Of a stretch of DNA of 64,000 nucleotides, positions 57,131 through 64,000 are shown in pieces (positions within the stretch are counted from its first letter, which is position 1; each line of letters opens with the position of its first letter). Origin of the DNA: Candidatus Uhrbacteria bacterium (GTDB taxonomy: Bacteria; Patescibacteriota; Patescibacteriia; UBA9934; GWF2-40-263); the NCBI GenBank assembly GCA_014239775.1, contig JAAZYG010000023.1, positions 223 through 64,222 on the forward strand. Reading direction: 5' to 3'. The notes beneath the pieces were generated by a model. That model saw only the letters and a list, made by a program, of their open reading frames with translations, made no database searches and was not told the DNA's origin. A program made the translations under genes and the position numbers.

Positions 57131-58267
57131 ATGGGACTTTTCGGAGGTTCAAAAAATCAGTCGTTATTAGGTGTCGATATTGGTTCGAGTGGAATTAAGA
57201 TTGTTGAAATATCGAATGTAAAAGGCAGAGCAAAACTAATGACCTACGGTTATACAGAAATACCGTCTTCAGAAGGTGGAGATGTTTTGTTTGAAAATAC
57301 AAAACAAGCAGGTTCTTTACTTGCAGACATGGTTAAACAGTCAGGTGTTCAAACAAACAACGCAATGGCTGCATTACCTGTAAGTAAAATTTTTTCAACT
57401 ATTATTTCAGTTCCAAAAGTTACAGATAAAAAACATCTAAAGTCAATTATAGATGTAGAGATTGAAAAGTTGGCACCGCTTCCTTTGAGTGAGATGATTA
57501 CTTATACAACTTTTTTGGATGACAAAAAGAACAATAAGAAAGATTCTAAAAACGTTGATCATAAAATAAAGGATCCCAAAAAGGCCGTCGAAAAGGTTGT
57601 TAAGGGTGAAAAGAAAAAATACATTAGAGTTCTTGTTACGGGTGCTTCAAAAACTTTGGTGCAAAAATATATAGAAATATTTAAGTACGCTAAACTTGAG
57701 CTTAGTGCAATAGACACAGAGGCCTTTGCTTTAATTAGGTCTTTGATTGGAAAAGATAAAAGCTCAATAATGATTATTGATATTGGTTCAAAAAAATCTA
57801 ATATAATAGTTGTTGAAAAGGGTGTGCCGTTTGTTTCAAGAAGTGTAAATATTGGTGGAGATTCTATTACAGACAAGCTTAAGGATCAGATGAAACTTGA
57901 GTATTCTGAGGCAGAGAGATTTAAAAGAGATTTGGGACAAATGGCTGCATCTTCAGACTTGCCAGGTGGATTGCCAAATATATTAGAGCCATTTATGCAG
58001 CCACTCGTGAATGAAATTAGGTATGCAATGAAATTACACAGTAATATGGAGTTGTCAGAACAGAAAAATGTCGAAAAAATTGTCCTTACTGGAGGTTCTT
58101 CACATTTGCCACGAATTGTTGAGTATTTAACAGAGATATTGAATATGAATATCTATATCGGGGATCCATTTGCACGTATAGAGTATCCTAAGGATCTATC
58201 AGGTGTTCTTGATGAAATAGGCCCAAGATTGAGTTTGTCGATTGGTCTTGGAATGCGAGATTCGTAG
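57131..58267 (+). CDS. pilM: Type IV pilus assembly protein PilM
   Basis: LGVDIGSSGIKIVE, IIDIG, LTGGSS, IGLGMR. Confidence 0.88.
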   Translation: MGLFGGSKNQSLLGVDIGSSGIKIVEISNVKGRAKLMTYGYTEIPSSEGGDVLFENTKQAGSLLADMVKQSGVQTNNAMAALPVSKIFSTIISVPKVTDKKHLKSIIDVEIEKLAPLPLSEMITYTTFLDDKKNNKKDSKNVDHKIKDPKKAVEKVVKGEKKKYIRVLVTGASKTLVQKYIEIFKYAKLELSAIDTEAFALIRSLIGKDKSSIMIIDIGSKKSNIIVVEKGVPFVSRSVNIGGDSITDKLKDQMKLEYSEAERFKRDLGQMAASSDLPGGLPNILEPFMQPLVNEIRYAMKLHSNMELSEQKNVEKIVLTGGSSHLPRIVEYLTEILNMNIYIGDPFARIEYPKDLSGVLDEIGPRLSLSIGLGMRDS

Positions 58268-58303
58268 ATAAATTAATAGTGACAAATAATTAGATTTATA
58301 AGT

Positions 58304-58819
58304 ATGGAGTCAGAAAATAACGGATTTACACTCATAGAAATTTTAATAGTTGTAGCAATTGTTGCCTTGGTTGGTACAATGTCTGCGATTGCGGTTAATA
58401 CGGCACGATCGAAACAACGTGACGCAACAAGACTGTCAAATGTTAGACTGGTTCAGTCTGCTTTAGAGGATTATTTTAATGAAAATAACATGTATCCAGA
58501 AGGAGATATGATTCCTCTTGGCGATGCATCTGTGAGTGCTTGTCTTGGATTAAGTGGATTTGCTGGAGATTGTTCTAATGATAAGGCTATTATAATGAAT
58601 CGCGTACCGAGAACTTTTGAAGATTCCCTAAAAAGTATTGTTAATTGTGGTCAACCAACCAGATCTGCATTTTGTTTTACACAACTTAAGGAGGGTGATG
58701 GATATGTAATACATTTTGAGTTGGAAAATGGTTTACCAGCAGCTGGACTTCAGGAGGGTGTTAATTGTGCGACTCAAGATGGAATGGAGGCTGGTACTTG
58801 TGTAGCAAAAAGTAAATAA
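58304..58819 (+). CDS. Type IV pilin / pseudopilin
   Basis: GFTLIE class III signal, ARSKQRDATRLS, several Cys. Confidence 0.88.
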   Translation: MESENNGFTLIEILIVVAIVALVGTMSAIAVNTARSKQRDATRLSNVRLVQSALEDYFNENNMYPEGDMIPLGDASVSACLGLSGFAGDCSNDKAIIMNRVPRTFEDSLKSIVNCGQPTRSAFCFTQLKEGDGYVIHFELENGLPAAGLQEGVNCATQDGMEAGTCVAKSK

Positions 58820-58821
58820 GA

Positions 58822-59304
58822 ATGTTTGAACTTGATTTCATATTAGTGCGTAATTTATTATTTACAGCAATATTGCTGTTGGTAGTTTTGTATGACGTGC
58901 GATATATGGTGATACCGTATCGTATTACATTGCTGTCAATTTTATTTACAATATTTATTAATTTATATTTTAAAATTGTCCCATTTTATTCTTTGGTTAT
59001 AGGATCTTGTGTTATAGCAGGTCTTTTTTATTTGCAGTATTATATTTCAAAGGCAAAAAGTATAGGTAAAGGTGATATTTATTTAGGTGCCTTAATTGGT
59101 GCAATGCTAGGCTTCCAGCAAGGTATTTTAGCTATTTTATTTGGATATGTAATTGGTGCTATCATAAGTTTATATTTATTGTACTTTAGGCATGCAAATG
59201 CAAAAACAAAGGTGCCATTGGGTGCATTTTTGTCTTTAAGTACAATTATGTTTTTATTTTTTGGAGATTCGATTTTGCATTGGTATTTAGGGTTATTTGT
59301 GTGA
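58822..59304 (+). CDS. Prepilin peptidase (A24), lacking N-terminal zinc domain
   Basis: LYD..YMVIP and IGKGD aspartates, VPLGAFL. Confidence 0.8.
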   Translation: MFELDFILVRNLLFTAILLLVVLYDVRYMVIPYRITLLSILFTIFINLYFKIVPFYSLVIGSCVIAGLFYLQYYISKAKSIGKGDIYLGALIGAMLGFQQGILAILFGYVIGAIISLYLLYFRHANAKTKVPLGAFLSLSTIMFLFFGDSILHWYLGLFV

Positions 59305-59307
59305 TAA

Positions 59308-61320
<2,013 letters not shown>

Positions 61321-61329
61321 TTATTTTAT

Positions 61330-61635
61330 ATGCCATTATCAAAAAAAGAAGTACAACATATTGCCAATCTATCCAATTTACATTTATCAAATGAAATGAT
61401 TGAAAAATATAGGGTTCAAATGGATTCTGTTTTAGATTATGTTCAAAAATTAAATGAAATTAACACTGATAATATAGCTGAATTACAGCACACTCAAGAT
61501 GTTGTAAATGTGTTTAGAGAGGATGTTCCAGTGGATTGTGACAGTAAAACAAAAAAAGCTATAATTGAGAATTTTTCACACAGGAAAGGTGATTTATTAG
61601 AGGTTCAGGCGGTGTTTAATGACACTGAAAAATAA
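61330..61635 (+). CDS. gatC: Asp/Glu-tRNA amidotransferase subunit C
   Basis: EVQHIANLSNL, NVFRED; precedes gatA. Confidence 0.9.
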   Translation: MPLSKKEVQHIANLSNLHLSNEMIEKYRVQMDSVLDYVQKLNEINTDNIAELQHTQDVVNVFREDVPVDCDSKTKKAIIENFSHRKGDLLEVQAVFNDTEK

Positions 61636-61636
61636 T

Positions 61637-63085
61637 ATGGATATTTTTAAACTTACAATAAAGGATATTAGAGCTGGTCTAAGTAATGGTGATTTTAAAT
61701 GTGTTGATTTAGTAAAAGCCTATTTAGAGAACATAAAGCTAAAGAATGAGTCTATTAATGCGCTTGTTCGTATTTCCGATACAGCACTTGATGAAGCAAG
61801 AGAGATTGATAGGAGGATTGCAGACAATGAAGATATTGGTGTTTTAGGTGGTGTACCTATCGCAATAAAGGATAATATTTTATTAGAAGGAAAAGAGGCG
61901 ACTGGCGGCTCTCAGATATTAGAGGGACATATGTCTGTTTATGATGCTACGGTTGTTGAAAGGTTAAAAAAAGCAGGAGCAATTATAATTGGTCAAGCAA
62001 ACATGGATGAGTTTGCAATGGGTTCATCAACAGAAACATCTCATTTTGGTCCAACCAAAAATCCATGGAATGAAAGTCGTGTACCTGGTGGTTCAAGTGG
62101 TGGTTCTGCTGCTGTTGTTTCTGCTGGATTTGCACCGTGTGCTCTTGGTTCAGATACGGGTGGATCAGTGCGTCAACCTGCATCTTTGTGTGGTGTTGTA
62201 GGTTTAAAGCCTACTTATGGACGTGTTTCTAGGTATGGTCTGATGTCAATGGCATCAAGTTTGGATCAGATTGGTACATTTACAAAAACAGTTGAAGATG
62301 CAGTTATTTTGATGCAGGTTATAGAAGGAAAAGATTCAAAAGATGGAACCTCTGTTGAATTAAATGATACCACTGTGCCGGAGCTCATTGATTCGTCTGT
62401 TGAAGGATTGGTTGTAGGAGTGCCAGATGAATATTTTGTAGAAGGAATGGATGAGGAAATTAAAAAATCTGTAATGGATGCAGTTTCAAAGCTTGAGGAG
62501 TCAGGTGCAAAAATTGAAAAGATTTCAATGCCTCATGTTAAATATGCTTTGGCAGCTTATTATATAATAATGCCTTGTGAAGCAAGTTCTAACATGGGTC
62601 GTTTTGATGGTTTGCGGTATGGATATCATTCTGAAGGATCTGGATTACGTGATACATACAGACGCACAAAAGGGGAGGGTTTTGGTGAAGAGGTTCAAAG
62701 GCGCATAATGTTAGGTACGCATGCATTATCAGCTGGTTATTATGATGCGTATTACAGAAAGGCATTAAAGGTTAGGACTTTAATTAAAAAAGATTTTGAT
62801 GATGCTTATAAAAAAGTTGATGTTATTATTACACCAACAAGCCCATCCGTCGCTTGGGAATTAAATGAAAAGTTTGATGATCCAGTTACAATGTATTTAT
62901 CAGACATTTATACAATTACAGCCAACTTAGCAACTGTACCTGCATTGTCTGTACCTTGTAGGCCTGTTGATGGTATGCCTGTTGGCTTACAGATTATGGC
63001 TAAACCATTTGATGAATATTCTTTGTATAGAGTAGGTAAGTTTTATCAGTCTATTACAGAGTGGCATCAACAAACTCCAGCATAG
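61637..63085 (+). CDS. gatA: Asp/Glu-tRNA amidotransferase subunit A
   Basis: PIAIKDN, NMDEFAMGSS, PGGSSGGS, GSDTGGSVRQPA. Confidence 0.95.
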   Translation: MDIFKLTIKDIRAGLSNGDFKCVDLVKAYLENIKLKNESINALVRISDTALDEAREIDRRIADNEDIGVLGGVPIAIKDNILLEGKEATGGSQILEGHMSVYDATVVERLKKAGAIIIGQANMDEFAMGSSTETSHFGPTKNPWNESRVPGGSSGGSAAVVSAGFAPCALGSDTGGSVRQPASLCGVVGLKPTYGRVSRYGLMSMASSLDQIGTFTKTVEDAVILMQVIEGKDSKDGTSVELNDTTVPELIDSSVEGLVVGVPDEYFVEGMDEEIKKSVMDAVSKLEESGAKIEKISMPHVKYALAAYYIIMPCEASSNMGRFDGLRYGYHSEGSGLRDTYRRTKGEGFGEEVQRRIMLGTHALSAGYYDAYYRKALKVRTLIKKDFDDAYKKVDVIITPTSPSVAWELNEKFDDPVTMYLSDIYTITANLATVPALSVPCRPVDGMPVGLQIMAKPFDEYSLYRVGKFYQSITEWHQQTPA

Positions 63086-63087
63086 TT

Positions 63088-63849
63088 ATGATTCCGTATT
63101 TTCAATTTACAACTTTTAATTTAGGCCCCGTGGTTATTCAAGTGTGGGGTCTTTTTGTTGCTATAGGTATTTTGTTTGGTGCATACGCCGCAACTCAAAT
63201 GGCAAAAAAGCGTGGTCTAGATGATGTGCTGATATGGGATATGGTTTTTTGGGTTATCATTGCTGCCTTTGTGGGTGCTAGGATTATTCATGTTATTTAT
63301 GAGCCAGCTTATTATATTGCGTCTCCGATGGAAATATTTAAAATTTGGAAGGGAGGACTTTCCATTATGGGTGGATTTTTGGGTGCTGGTATTTGTGGTG
63401 TGTTGTATTTAAGAAAGAAACAAGTTGATGTGTATAAATATGTTGATACCGCTATATTTGGATTACCTTTAGGTTTGTTTGTTGGTCGCATAGGTTGTTT
63501 TTTAATTCATGATCATCCAGGAATCATGACAGATTTTGTTGGCGGTGTTCAGTATGCTGATGGTACCAGGCATGATCATGGTTTGTATTTATCTTTGAAT
63601 GGTTTGTTTCTTTTTTTATTTTTTTTATATCTTGCAAAAAAGAAAGTTGGCACTGGGGCATATTTGATTACATTTTTAATTTGGTACGGAATTGTCAGAT
63701 TTGGCTTAGATTTTTTACGTGCGAATGATGGCGGTATTGTTGATATAAGATATTTTGATTTAACTCCTGCACAGTATTTATCAGCAGCAATGTTTGGTCT
63801 AGGAATCTTTTTTTGGGCTAACTTTAATAAGTTGTCGAAAAAAAATTGA
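63088..63849 (+). CDS. lgt: Prolipoprotein diacylglyceryl transferase
   Basis: VGARI, IWKGGLS..GG, GRIGCF, YGIVRF..DFLR. Confidence 0.9.
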   Translation: MIPYFQFTTFNLGPVVIQVWGLFVAIGILFGAYAATQMAKKRGLDDVLIWDMVFWVIIAAFVGARIIHVIYEPAYYIASPMEIFKIWKGGLSIMGGFLGAGICGVLYLRKKQVDVYKYVDTAIFGLPLGLFVGRIGCFLIHDHPGIMTDFVGGVQYADGTRHDHGLYLSLNGLFLFLFFLYLAKKKVGTGAYLITFLIWYGIVRFGLDFLRANDGGIVDIRYFDLTPAQYLSAAMFGLGIFFWANFNKLSKKN

Positions 63850-63928
63850 CAAGATTAGAATATAAAAATAACCTGTAAATGGGTTATTTTTAATTTGTCA
63901 ACATTAATTTATATTTATTTTGTTTGTT

Positions 63929-64000
63929 ATGCCAAAAGTTCCTAAAATAAGTGAGAAGACTCTTGAGTCCATAGGTTTAAAGAAAAAGGACATGGATGTT
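63929..64000 (+). CDS. 5' end of a gene, possibly TrmB-like HTH regulator (truncated)
   Basis: MPKVPKISEKTLESIGLKKKDMDV; only 24 codons visible. Confidence 0.35.
   Translation, partial: MPKVPKISEKTLESIGLKKKDMDV

Overview
AT-rich bacterial chromosome segment with mostly + strand genes on a G/T-skewed + strand. Gene content and style suggest a Patescibacteria/CPR genome, probably ABY1/Uhrbacteria-like (inference): LIGAGC lipobox, CPR-type VirD4/HerA-like ATPase, split Trx+VKOR and SD-less housekeeping starts. Core genes: guaB1-like, pgi, bcp, rplI, pyrG, rpmA, mraY-ftsW-murG, murD-murE, ftsEX, truB, uvrBA/uvrC, mraZ-rsmH-ftsL, cysS, dnaX, lepA, recJ, RNase HI, pilM/pilin/prepilin peptidase, ligA, gatCA and lgt. 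There are three tRNAs (Lys-UUU, Gln-UUG, Gln-CUG). I found no prophage, IS, CRISPR or rRNA. The most notable observations are: (1) an SD-AUG-UGA-CCC-AUU-AUU-AUU-AUG element in frame with rsmH, a possible translation-fidelity autoregulation sensor; (2) a translin/TRAX (C3PO-like) gene with intact acidic catalytic motifs in a cell-wall operon; (3) murE split by one in-frame TAG; (4) two A10 runs in dnaX at the gamma/tau boundary; (5) a two-tier expression style, with near-leaderless core genes versus single-gene ORFan cassettes carrying TTGACA-17bp promoters and strong SD; (6) an orphan DGQHR protein; (7) several microproteins missed by the ORF track.
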